Position numbers and translations under genes: made by a program | NCBI GenBank assembly: GCA_963668175.1 | Contig: OY764159.1 | Span: 4,503,305-4,567,304, forward strand | Length of the DNA stretch: 64,000 nt | DNA from: Syntrophales bacterium | Lineage (GTDB): Bacteria > Desulfobacterota > Syntrophia > Syntrophales > PHBD01 | Reading direction: 5' to 3' | Notes under the pieces: generated by a model | Seen by the model: only the letters and a program-made list of their open reading frames with translations | Databases searched by the model: none | Told to the model about the DNA's origin: nothing | Shown here: in pieces, positions 46,418-55,602 of the stretch | Numbering within the stretch: the stretch's first letter is position 1 | Layout of the letters: each line of letters begins with the position of its first letter

Positions 46418-48208
46418 ATGATCGGCATCTACGGTATCTTTGGAAACGAAATCCAATTGAATCCAGATATAAAGCGCAAGTCTTTTGATAGAATGTCGGA
46501 CGATGTCAATGGCCATGCTTTCGAGAATCAATATATTCATCGGGAAAACTTTTCTATCGGCATCACAAAAAGGAAGATAGGGGACAATAAGGATATAGCA
46601 TTAAAGGAAGTAAGCAATGACTTCGTGATGGCCTTTTCCGGTTATGGCAAGTTTAAGGGTGAAAAGAGGCTGTTTTGGGCCGATGAAATGATCGACCGAA
46701 TCGCCTTACGATTTCCTGATGAAGGGAAACAGATTCTGGAGAAGATTGAAGGATCTTTTATTTTTTTGGCAGTAGATATAAAAAATATTTTAATTGTCAA
46801 TGACCGCTTTGCCAGCAAGAATTTTTTTTATTACAACTCTGATAAATATTTCGTTTTTGCTCCGGATGTCGGCAGAATTGTGTCTTCCGATTTGACAGGC
46901 AGGGAAAAGAATATTGATGCGGCTGTCCAGATATTAACCTCAGGTTTCTTCCTGGATGATAGTACGCTTGTGAGAAATATATATCGGATTTCCAATGCCA
47001 GCATTCTTGAAAGAAGCACAGAAAACGCGACCAATCTATATATTCGTAAATACTGGCATTTCCCAAAAGAGGAAGGCAAGATCGACGGCCTCGATTCAAA
47101 TCTAATTGAGGAATTTTCACATTGTTTGGAAAAATCAATAGTCGAATTGGCCAGTCTTGAAGAGAGATTTACCGTACCTTTAAGCGGGGGATTGGATTCC
47201 AGAGCTATCGCTTGTTTCCTGTCAGAACATTATCCGCTAACGACTTTAACTTACGACACTAAAGAAGAAGCCATCATTGCGAAGAAAGTATGCAAGGCCT
47301 TGAATGCAGAGTTCAATTACTTTTCAAATAATCAGCTAAACAACAAGTATTTCGTCGATCAGATTAACAAATCCATTTCTGATCAGAAAGTACATGCTGT
47401 CGTAAACCAATATTTTTACGAACCGTTGTTTAAAACGTATTTCACAGATAACAGAAACAAATTCGCTATCTTCGATGGCGTTTATCTGGACGTATTGTTC
47501 AGCGGTCCATATGTTTACAAGAGCTTCGATTATGAAGATTTCCTACAAACGTATGGCGGCGGTTCTGTAGGACTTATTGAACATTACTCCGATCTTTCAA
47601 AAGATTTTATTCACAACACCTTACGCAATGTCTACGATGAATTATCCAAAGAATTCGGCCCTGGCGATGGGGTCGGCAGGAGTCAGTTTTTTTATTCGCA
47701 CGGCCGTTTGCAGAGATACGTACTCGAATCCGGGAATAATAGACTTAATTACTGCTATATATTCAGCCCTGGCTTTAATTACGACCTAGCTGATTTCGGA
47801 TTCGGATTGAGCTTAAGACTGCGAAAAGGATTGCTCTACAAGGAAGCGATGCACAGGGTATTCCCAAATGTAATGAAGATTAAATTCAAAGATTCTTATG
47901 GAATACGTAAAGCAAATATCCTTGAGGAATTAAGAAGGCAATATATCAATCTTCGATTAAAATTATCGTATGTAACCAATGGCCTGATCAAATATTATCC
48001 ATTCCAGTTGGAATATTTCTTTCTTAAAGAAAACAATCTCGACGACTACAGAGATATGTTAATAAAAAGGAATTGCGTTCCGGAAATATTCAGCAACAAC
48101 CAACTCAAGAGAATATTTGAGATGGTTAAAAAGAAACAATATATGATCACCCTTTTTCAACGAGTATTATTTATTCAACAATTTTATTGCAGGCACCGCT
48201 TAAACTAG
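46418..48208 (+). CDS. Asparagine-synthetase-like amidoligase lacking the N-terminal catalytic Cys
   Basis: Starts MIGIYG (canonical MCGI); IEGSF, NDRF, YW and PLSGGLDSR PP-loop retained; AGGAG RBS. Confidence 0.75.
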   Translation: MIGIYGIFGNEIQLNPDIKRKSFDRMSDDVNGHAFENQYIHRENFSIGITKRKIGDNKDIALKEVSNDFVMAFSGYGKFKGEKRLFWADEMIDRIALRFPDEGKQILEKIEGSFIFLAVDIKNILIVNDRFASKNFFYYNSDKYFVFAPDVGRIVSSDLTGREKNIDAAVQILTSGFFLDDSTLVRNIYRISNASILERSTENATNLYIRKYWHFPKEEGKIDGLDSNLIEEFSHCLEKSIVELASLEERFTVPLSGGLDSRAIACFLSEHYPLTTLTYDTKEEAIIAKKVCKALNAEFNYFSNNQLNNKYFVDQINKSISDQKVHAVVNQYFYEPLFKTYFTDNRNKFAIFDGVYLDVLFSGPYVYKSFDYEDFLQTYGGGSVGLIEHYSDLSKDFIHNTLRNVYDELSKEFGPGDGVGRSQFFYSHGRLQRYVLESGNNRLNYCYIFSPGFNYDLADFGFGLSLRLRKGLLYKEAMHRVFPNVMKIKFKDSYGIRKANILEELRRQYINLRLKLSYVTNGLIKYYPFQLEYFFLKENNLDDYRDMLIKRNCVPEIFSNNQLKRIFEMVKKKQYMITLFQRVLFIQQFYCRHRLN

Positions 48209-48301
48209 TTAAAAGCTTGAAAACAAGCATATTCTGCTTCATTCTTTAGTTTTATATTCTAAGATTGTTATCTTCATAGTATTATTTGAACGAGTACGCC
48301 C

Positions 48302-49786
48302 TTGGTCGAAATTAAGAAAGAACTCATAAATCTAGTGCGCCACACGTCCATATACGGCGCGACTGAGTTACTGAGCCGATTCATCGGCTTTATCATGATT
48401 CCTTTCTATACCCATTATTTAAGGCCCACGGATTATGGTATCAGCGAACTTGTCGGGCTCACGATTGAAGTCATTAGCATGGTATTAGGGATGGGTATTT
48501 CTAATGCCATATACCGATTTTATTATGATAAGAATGAAGTCGGTAATTCCATGCTTGTAATAAGCACCGCTGCTGTCGGTGTCCCTATTCTTGGTTTTTT
48601 CACTCTCGCTATTTTATCTTTCTTCTCGAATCAGATAGCCTTCCTCGCCCTTGGGAATAAGGAGTATGCGTTCTATCTCAATCTTGCCATTGCCGAGTTG
48701 TGGTTTGCCCAAATACTCAACCTCGTTTATACATATGTCAGAGTGACGGAATCGTCCAGAATATATGCTGCTTTGTCCATATCACGGCTGATCTTCTCGT
48801 TATCGCTGAATATATTTCTGATTGCCGGGATGGATTGGGGTGTGCTCGGTCTTTTCGTCAGTAATTTGATTTCAGCTGCTTTATTCACAATATTTACATT
48901 TCCGCTTCTGCTTAAGAAAGTCGGTTGTTCTTTTTCACTGGAAGTCGGAAAGAAAATGCTTCGTTACAGCCTGCCTATTGTTCCTGCAAACCTGGCGTCG
49001 CTCGTCGTAAATGCATCCGATCGATTCTTTATCAGGGCTTTTTTATCCCTGGCAGATGCAGGTGTATACAGCTTGGGATACAAATTGGGTAACATTGTAT
49101 TTTACTTGGTCAGAGTACCTTTTATGCAGATATGGGAACCTAGGAGATATGCTCTTTATCAGGAGGGCGCCCCTCCTGAATTTTTTGCGCGTGTTACAAC
49201 GTATTTTTATGGATGCATGCTTTTCTGCGGACTCGGCATTGCCATCTTTGTCCAGGATATCATAAAAATCATAACGCCGAATGATTACTGGAACGCCGCT
49301 ATCTACGTACCGGCCATTGTCGTTTGTTATATCGTTTATGCCCTGGATCATCATGTCGCTTTCGGAATTCTCATTTCAAAAAAAACCGAGTACTGGACCT
49401 ATGTCAATTTGATTATGGGCGCCATGAATCTTCTTCTGAATTTCGTTCTCATATCGAGATACGGGGTGTGGGGGGCTATAGGAGCGACATTTATACCTCT
49501 CGTCTTCAAAATCTGTGCATTATATTTCGTAGGTCGTCGCTTCTACAGAATTCCTTTTGAATGGTCTCGCATGGCGGGCATGTTTATTATTGCGGCAGGT
49601 ATTTTTTTTGTCAGTATTATGTTTCACCCTTCCTATTTACCGATCGCACTATTTTACGACACCGTCATGATATTAGCTTTTCTACCGATTATCTGGATAT
49701 CGGGGTTGCTGCACATAGATGAGAAAATTCAGATCAAAAATTTGTATCAAACACTCCGCAGGAATCGCGTTTTAGAAACTACGTAG
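48302..49786 (+). CDS. Wzx-type oligosaccharide flippase
   Basis: LVRHTSIYG, PFYTHYLRPTDYG, MLRYSLP, DRFFI, GVYSLGYK, YGVWGA; about 12-14 TM; TTG start. Confidence 0.9.
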   Translation: MVEIKKELINLVRHTSIYGATELLSRFIGFIMIPFYTHYLRPTDYGISELVGLTIEVISMVLGMGISNAIYRFYYDKNEVGNSMLVISTAAVGVPILGFFTLAILSFFSNQIAFLALGNKEYAFYLNLAIAELWFAQILNLVYTYVRVTESSRIYAALSISRLIFSLSLNIFLIAGMDWGVLGLFVSNLISAALFTIFTFPLLLKKVGCSFSLEVGKKMLRYSLPIVPANLASLVVNASDRFFIRAFLSLADAGVYSLGYKLGNIVFYLVRVPFMQIWEPRRYALYQEGAPPEFFARVTTYFYGCMLFCGLGIAIFVQDIIKIITPNDYWNAAIYVPAIVVCYIVYALDHHVAFGILISKKTEYWTYVNLIMGAMNLLLNFVLISRYGVWGAIGATFIPLVFKICALYFVGRRFYRIPFEWSRMAGMFIIAAGIFFVSIMFHPSYLPIALFYDTVMILAFLPIIWISGLLHIDEKIQIKNLYQTLRRNRVLETT

Positions 49787-49805
49787 TGTTGAATAGAGAC
49801 ACCAT

Positions 49806-51020
49806 ATGAAAGTCACTTTATGCGGAGACATCGCCCTCTGCGGTAATGTTGCTACCCTGATAACAAAGAACAAAACCGACGAACTGGCTAAGGATTTTCA
49901 GGAAATATTTAAGAGATCGGATCTCTTTATCGCTAACATCGAATGCCCCCTTACAGATTCCGATGAACCGGCCTGGAAACATTTTACAACATTGAAAGGA
50001 CCAAGGCGAGGGGGAAGCGTTCTGCATCGTCTCGGTGTCGATATCGGCTCCCTGGCGAACAACCATATTGCAGATTACGGGCTGACTGGTTTGAACGATA
50101 CGATAGATGTTCTTAAGGAACAGGGCATAACGCCTGTCGGAGCGGGCATAACGCCTGATGACGGGGCAAAACCGGTTATTAAAACGACCTGTGGTATGAC
50201 TGTCGCAGTTGTCGCCGCGGCACAGCCGGAAATTGCAGCGGCAAAGCGCGGCAGATGGGGAGCGGGTGTTCTTGATGAATCGAAAATTATCGGGCAGATA
50301 AGGCGATTAAAAGACGAAGTAGATATTATCGTGGCCTACCTCCATTTCGGCGTTGAATGGTTCAATTATCCAACACCCCGTCAAGTAAGAATGTGCAGGG
50401 CCATGATCGATGCCGGCGCAAAGCTCGTTATCGGCCATCATCCCCACGTACCACAGGGATTCGAGCATTATAATGGCGGATTCATCGCGTACAGCCTGGG
50501 CAACTTTATCTTTGACATGTCTGCCGGACCGGAACAATATTCACGCCTTGGGCTCGTTATTGAAACTGAATTCGATAAGGACAAGCTGAACAAAGTTAAT
50601 ATCATTCCGGCAGATACAGCGGGAGGCAATCCCAGGTTGTTGGTCGACAAAGAAAAAGAGGCTGCGGAAGCTTATCTTCAGGACCTCTGCCGCATTCTGA
50701 AGGATGAAAAGGAATTAGTCAGAAACTATTATTTTACTTGCCTCGATAATTTTAAGATTCACCTCAATGCTTTCGTCTATTTTGGACTGCAAAAAATGAA
50801 GATCCGCAGGACATGGGATTTGATCACTTCCCAATTCTGGCCACAGATATTCAGGCTGCGAATCGATTTATTCCGTTTCCTTCTATCGGGCGATGCTCTG
50901 AAATTCGAACAAGCTAAGCATTCGGAAATAGCAAGCATCGAAGCCATTTCATGGCAATGGATATGTCGTATATTCAAGATTCTTGGTTTCGGATGGGGCC
51001 GTGTACTAAAAGTTAACTGA
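49806..51020 (+). CDS. CapA/PgsA (PGA_cap) metallophosphoesterase-family protein 1
   Basis: CGDI, ANIECP, SLANNHIADYG, YLHFGVE, IGHHPHV, YSLGNF. Confidence 0.88.
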   Translation: MKVTLCGDIALCGNVATLITKNKTDELAKDFQEIFKRSDLFIANIECPLTDSDEPAWKHFTTLKGPRRGGSVLHRLGVDIGSLANNHIADYGLTGLNDTIDVLKEQGITPVGAGITPDDGAKPVIKTTCGMTVAVVAAAQPEIAAAKRGRWGAGVLDESKIIGQIRRLKDEVDIIVAYLHFGVEWFNYPTPRQVRMCRAMIDAGAKLVIGHHPHVPQGFEHYNGGFIAYSLGNFIFDMSAGPEQYSRLGLVIETEFDKDKLNKVNIIPADTAGGNPRLLVDKEKEAAEAYLQDLCRILKDEKELVRNYYFTCLDNFKIHLNAFVYFGLQKMKIRRTWDLITSQFWPQIFRLRIDLFRFLLSGDALKFEQAKHSEIASIEAISWQWICRIFKILGFGWGRVLKVN

Positions 51021-51056
51021 TTAATAATATTCTCAACACCCTTAATCTGTTTAGAA

Positions 51057-52268
51057 ATGATCAACAAAATATTAAAAAAATTTGGAAGACATCTGCCCGT
51101 CGATTTAGAAGCAAAAAGAGAAGCTGGAGAAGACAGAAGTAAACATAAACATAGTACTTATAGTGACGACAAACATCTAAAGGAAACCGCAGCATGGCTA
51201 TGCCGCGCCCAGGATTCAAGTCCCGATGGCGGCGTATCTCGCGCATACAAAGCCGCGCGTTATCTGGGGTATGGACCGTTGGGATGGCAACCGTCCTATC
51301 CGGAGACAACCGGTTACATTATTCCCACAATGTTTGCCATTGCCGATTTTCTCAAAGATGCATCTTTTGCCCAGAGGGCAATCAGAATGGCGGACTGGGA
51401 AATAGATATCCAGTTACCGTCAGGTGCCGTCATGGGCAGTGTGGTAACTGCGACTCCGTCCCCTGCCGTCTTCAATACAGGACAGGTCATCTTTGGCTGG
51501 CTTGCTGCGTATCAGAGAACTGGAGATGAAAAATATCTTCAAGCCGCAAAACGTGCAGGAAATTATCTTGTACAAATACAAGACGCGGAAGGCTCATGGA
51601 AAAAAGGAGATTCTCTTTTTGCAATGAGTCATGCGACGACGTATAACACACGCGTATCCTGGTCGCTCGTCGAACTGGGGCTTACAATAAAAAACAATGA
51701 ATACATAAGCGCAGCCAGAAAGAACATAGAACTTGCCCTTAAAAAGCAGAACCCGGAAGGATGGTTTGCTGATAACTGTCTGAACGATCCGGAAAGACCG
51801 CTGCTTCATACCATTGCCTATGCCACTAGGGGTGTTCTTGAATGCGGCTACTTGTTGGAAGAACAGAACTATGTTGATTCAGCATTAAGAACGTTAAAGG
51901 GACTGCTGCCCTGCCAACGTAGCGATGATGGTGGGTTACCGGGCAGATTGACTGCTGATTGGTCAACTGCCGTTGAATGGGATTGTGTTACGGGAGATGC
52001 TCAGACAGCCGTGAATTGGCTACGGGCATACGCCATTACTGGCAACAAATCCTTTTACAATGCGGCCAGAAAGGCTATCGACTTTGTCAAGAGGACGCAA
52101 AACCTGGATCATAAAAATCCAGGCATCAAGGGCGGCGTCAAAGGCAGTTTCCCTTTTGACGGTCTTTATGGACAGTATGAGATACTGAATTGGGCGGCGA
52201 AATTCTTCTGTGACGCATTGCTGATGATTAGTAACGATACATTGTATTCCAGAGGAATCAGAGGATAA
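51057..52268 (+). CDS. Alpha/alpha-toroid protein (terpene-cyclase/six-hairpin-glycosidase-like fold), function unknown
   Basis: QW-like repeats (AQDSSPDGG, IQLPSGA, IQDAEGSW, QNPEGWF), SYPETTGY, FNTGQ, NWAAKFF. Confidence 0.6.
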   Translation: MINKILKKFGRHLPVDLEAKREAGEDRSKHKHSTYSDDKHLKETAAWLCRAQDSSPDGGVSRAYKAARYLGYGPLGWQPSYPETTGYIIPTMFAIADFLKDASFAQRAIRMADWEIDIQLPSGAVMGSVVTATPSPAVFNTGQVIFGWLAAYQRTGDEKYLQAAKRAGNYLVQIQDAEGSWKKGDSLFAMSHATTYNTRVSWSLVELGLTIKNNEYISAARKNIELALKKQNPEGWFADNCLNDPERPLLHTIAYATRGVLECGYLLEEQNYVDSALRTLKGLLPCQRSDDGGLPGRLTADWSTAVEWDCVTGDAQTAVNWLRAYAITGNKSFYNAARKAIDFVKRTQNLDHKNPGIKGGVKGSFPFDGLYGQYEILNWAAKFFCDALLMISNDTLYSRGIRG

Positions 52269-52269
52269 C

Positions 52270-52830
52270 GTGACAAATAGCGATCCGGGCAGTAACGAAA
52301 TTATAAGGCAGACTTGGACTTTTAAGAAGATCTTTTGTTACCTGCTCTACAGAACATTTGCAAAGCATATCCCAGGTGATATCGGTTATTTAAGAAGATT
52401 TTCATATGGCTTCCGGCAGATATTGTGTCGTCCATTATTAAGAGAGTCCGGAGAGATATTTGGCATCGGACAAGGTGTCGATTTTGGTAATGGTGCTAAT
52501 CTTATTATGAAATATTGCGCAAATCTTGGGCCAGGCGGTCATATTTCCGGAAATGGTCTCGTCACGATTGGGCAACATGTAATGACAGGATATCAATGTA
52601 TGATAATAACGCAGAATCATAAATATCTGGCTGAAGGATACGATGGCGTTGAGATCGGTAACGTGCTCATTGACGATTATGCATGGTTAGGGCATCGAGT
52701 AATCATTCTGCCGGGAGTCAGAATAGGAAAACATGCCATTGTTGGGGCTGGATCTGTCGTTACAAAGGATATCCCTGATTATGCGATCGCCGCTGGAAAT
52801 CCGGCCAGAATTATAAAGATGCGTAAGTAG
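52270..52830 (+). CDS. Hexapeptide-repeat O-acyltransferase
   Basis: IITQNH, IDDYAWLG, ILPGVRIG, VGAGSVVTKD, GNPAR. Confidence 0.9.
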   Translation: MTNSDPGSNEIIRQTWTFKKIFCYLLYRTFAKHIPGDIGYLRRFSYGFRQILCRPLLRESGEIFGIGQGVDFGNGANLIMKYCANLGPGGHISGNGLVTIGQHVMTGYQCMIITQNHKYLAEGYDGVEIGNVLIDDYAWLGHRVIILPGVRIGKHAIVGAGSVVTKDIPDYAIAAGNPARIIKMRK

Positions 52831-52846
52831 CAACTCACATTCAATT

Positions 52847-54142
52847 ATGAAACATCTTCTCCTTATCAGTTATCCTTTTCCTCCTAACAGTTCTGCAGGT
52901 GCGGTCCGATCTCGTCGTTTTGCTCAGTATTTGGCCGAATTAGGTTGGAGCGTGAGCGTAGTGACAATCAAACCTTTTCAAGCTAATTCCGCTGATACTG
53001 AAGAGCTCAATCGTCTGAACGATTCGGTCGAGATACATTTCACTTCAACGCTGGATCCCTGGTTGTTTCTACTGAAACATATCCCGAGGTTCATTCTCCT
53101 TAGAATCGTAAGAAGTCTTCTTATGAGAATCTTCTCGTTTCCGGACCACATGCTTCTATGGGTACTTTTTGCAGTCCGGAAAGGACTGTCGATAAATAGG
53201 GCAAATCCTTTTTCCGTAATCTACACGACATCACCGCCACACTCGACACACTTGGCTGGTCTCATACTGAAATGGATCACAGGGAAACCATGGATCGCCG
53301 ATTTCAGGGACCCGTGGACACTGAACGCTTTTCATGGCAAAGGCCGGATCGATCATGCATTACTGAGGATCGAGAAAATTTTGGAAAAGACCGTTTTATC
53401 GAATGCGTCCTGTATATTAGCCAATACCACGGCGAATCGCAATAATCTGCTGGCGGCCTTTCCTGATTTGTCGCCGGAAAAAGTCGTTCACATCCCTAAC
53501 GGTTGGGAAGAATTTGCTAATAAAGTCGATACATCAAAACGTGACAATGGGACACTGAACATCGTCCATGCCGGAATATTTTATCCTCTATTCAAGCCCT
53601 ATGCGCTTCTTCATGCCTTGGCATCCTGGCGGAAGGGAAATCAACCGCCGGGAATTCCCCCTCTGAACGGTCAATCGATCCGTCTCACACTTCTGGGTGC
53701 AAAAGAATATGAGGCGAATATCGTAAAAGACCTCGGCTTGGAGGATATCGTACAAGTCAAATCCTGGGTGTCTCAATCTGAAGCCCAAAGGATCATGAGC
53801 CAAGCCGATATGCTCTGGGTGACTCTCGGGACGGGAAAGGAAAGTTCAACCTACGTGCCTTCTAAAATCTTTGAATATATCGCAGCGAGAAAGCCTATCA
53901 TTGCCTTTTTCCCAGAAGGAGATGCGGCGGGATTAATAAGAAAAACAAAAACCGGAATCGTTTTTACAAGCGACGATCCGGCACCCATCATCAGATTCCT
54001 GGCCGAAGCCAGTAACAACTATGAGAGATTTTCTAGCCAATATTACCAAGATGAAAGCATCCTCAACATGCATCATGTCAGATATGCGGTATCACAACTG
54101 AACGCCAAATTAGAAACCTTGGCTGGCTTAAATAATCTTTAA
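52847..54142 (+). CDS. Glycosyltransferase family 4 (GT-B)
   Basis: ISYPFPP, TTSPPHS, ADFRDPW, IPNG, PSKIFEY. Confidence 0.85.
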   Translation: MKHLLLISYPFPPNSSAGAVRSRRFAQYLAELGWSVSVVTIKPFQANSADTEELNRLNDSVEIHFTSTLDPWLFLLKHIPRFILLRIVRSLLMRIFSFPDHMLLWVLFAVRKGLSINRANPFSVIYTTSPPHSTHLAGLILKWITGKPWIADFRDPWTLNAFHGKGRIDHALLRIEKILEKTVLSNASCILANTTANRNNLLAAFPDLSPEKVVHIPNGWEEFANKVDTSKRDNGTLNIVHAGIFYPLFKPYALLHALASWRKGNQPPGIPPLNGQSIRLTLLGAKEYEANIVKDLGLEDIVQVKSWVSQSEAQRIMSQADMLWVTLGTGKESSTYVPSKIFEYIAARKPIIAFFPEGDAAGLIRKTKTGIVFTSDDPAPIIRFLAEASNNYERFSSQYYQDESILNMHHVRYAVSQLNAKLETLAGLNNL

Positions 54143-54281
54143 ATATATGAAACAATTGCAAAGTTGTTCTATTCAATATCTTTGAAGAATCTTCGTATTG
54201 CGAGACTCTTTTCTTGTTGAAGATATTCATTATTGAAAGACATGCTGTTGAATGCGTTCTCTATCCGAAAGGAGCAACCTG

Positions 54282-55556
54282 ATGACCGATATGAATCACA
54301 ATGTATTTGAAAGAATCGAATCGAATGTCCGCTCGTATTGCCGATCATTTCCCCGTGTCTTTGAAAAAGGGCGAGGGGCTTATCTGATTGACGAAACGGG
54401 AGATGAGTATATCGACTTCTTCAGTGGAGCTGGTACATTAAACTACGGCCATAATAATCCCGGCATTAAGAAAGCCGTTATCGAATATTTGGAAAGAGAC
54501 GGCGTCGTTCATGGGTTGGATATGTGGACGGTAGCGAAGAGGACCTTCCTTGAAACTTTTGAGCGTATTATTTTAAAACCACGTCATATGGATTACAAAG
54601 TCCAATTCACAGGTCCGACCGGTGCCAACGCAGTCGAAGCGGCTCTGAAATTGGCAAAAAAAGTTAAAAAACGTTCCAATATTATAGCGTTCACAAATGG
54701 TTATCATGGTTTATCAGCCGGCGCACTTGCCGTCACAGGCAACAGGCATTTTCGCACTGAGGAATTTGTACAGAGGCAGAATGTATCCTTCATGCCGTTC
54801 GACGGCTACTTCGGCGACAGCGTTAATACTTTGGAATACGTGAAACGATTTCTCGGAGATAACAGTAGCGGTGTAGATATTCCCGCCGCAATGATTGTCG
54901 AGACAGTACAGGCCGAGGGTGGCATAAACGTAGCTCGGGCCGAATGGCTGCAAGGGTTGGAATCGATTTGCAGGGAATTCGATATTTTGCTGATCGTTGA
55001 CGATATTCAGGTTGGCAACGGACGAACCGGGACCTACTTCAGTTTCGAGCGCTCAGAGATACAACCCGACATGATCGTTGTTTCGAAGGCGATCGGAGGT
55101 CTGGGGTTGCCGATGTCCATGGTTTTAATCAAGCCCAATATAGACCAGTGGAAACCCGCTGAACATACGGGAACATTCCGCGGTCTGAACCTCGCGTTTG
55201 TGGCTGCCGCAGCCGCTCTTACATACTGGGAAGATGGACGATTTACCGATGAAATCATGCGAAAAGAGACAATACTGAGCACCCTTTTGCACAAAATCAA
55301 GGCAGATTATCATCGACTTTCGATGAAAGTACGGGGAGTTGGTTTGATTTACGGCATTGAGATGCCAAGACCGGAAATAGCGAAAGAGATCGTTCGTGAA
55401 GCGTTCCAGCGGAAACTCATTATTGAATTGGCAGGACCGGAAGATCAAGTTATTAAGTTCTTACCACCCTTAGTCGTCGAAGAAACCGTTTTGGAAAAAG
55501 GTGTGAAAATTATCGAGGACAGCATTAAGGCCGTATGCACTTTAAGAGGCTATTGA
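54282..55556 (+). CDS. ectB: Diaminobutyrate--2-oxoglutarate transaminase (EctB family)
   Basis: ESNVRSYCRSFP, DFFSGAGTLNYGHN, GPTGANAVEAALK, ETVQAEGG, DDIQVG.GRTG, EHTGTFRG; GGAG RBS before ATG 54282. Confidence 0.93.
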   Translation: MTDMNHNVFERIESNVRSYCRSFPRVFEKGRGAYLIDETGDEYIDFFSGAGTLNYGHNNPGIKKAVIEYLERDGVVHGLDMWTVAKRTFLETFERIILKPRHMDYKVQFTGPTGANAVEAALKLAKKVKKRSNIIAFTNGYHGLSAGALAVTGNRHFRTEEFVQRQNVSFMPFDGYFGDSVNTLEYVKRFLGDNSSGVDIPAAMIVETVQAEGGINVARAEWLQGLESICREFDILLIVDDIQVGNGRTGTYFSFERSEIQPDMIVVSKAIGGLGLPMSMVLIKPNIDQWKPAEHTGTFRGLNLAFVAAAAALTYWEDGRFTDEIMRKETILSTLLHKIKADYHRLSMKVRGVGLIYGIEMPRPEIAKEIVREAFQRKLIIELAGPEDQVIKFLPPLVVEETVLEKGVKIIEDSIKAVCTLRGY

Positions 55557-55602
55557 GGTGTGAAATCCTTCGTGGCCGGGCCAAAGTTTTAACTAGCTAT
55601 GA

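Noticed and set aside
50123..50157. 14-bp direct repeat GGGCATAACGCCTG at 21-nt spacing
   Set aside because: Two copies inside a CDS encoding GITP twice; not a CRISPR or tandem array.
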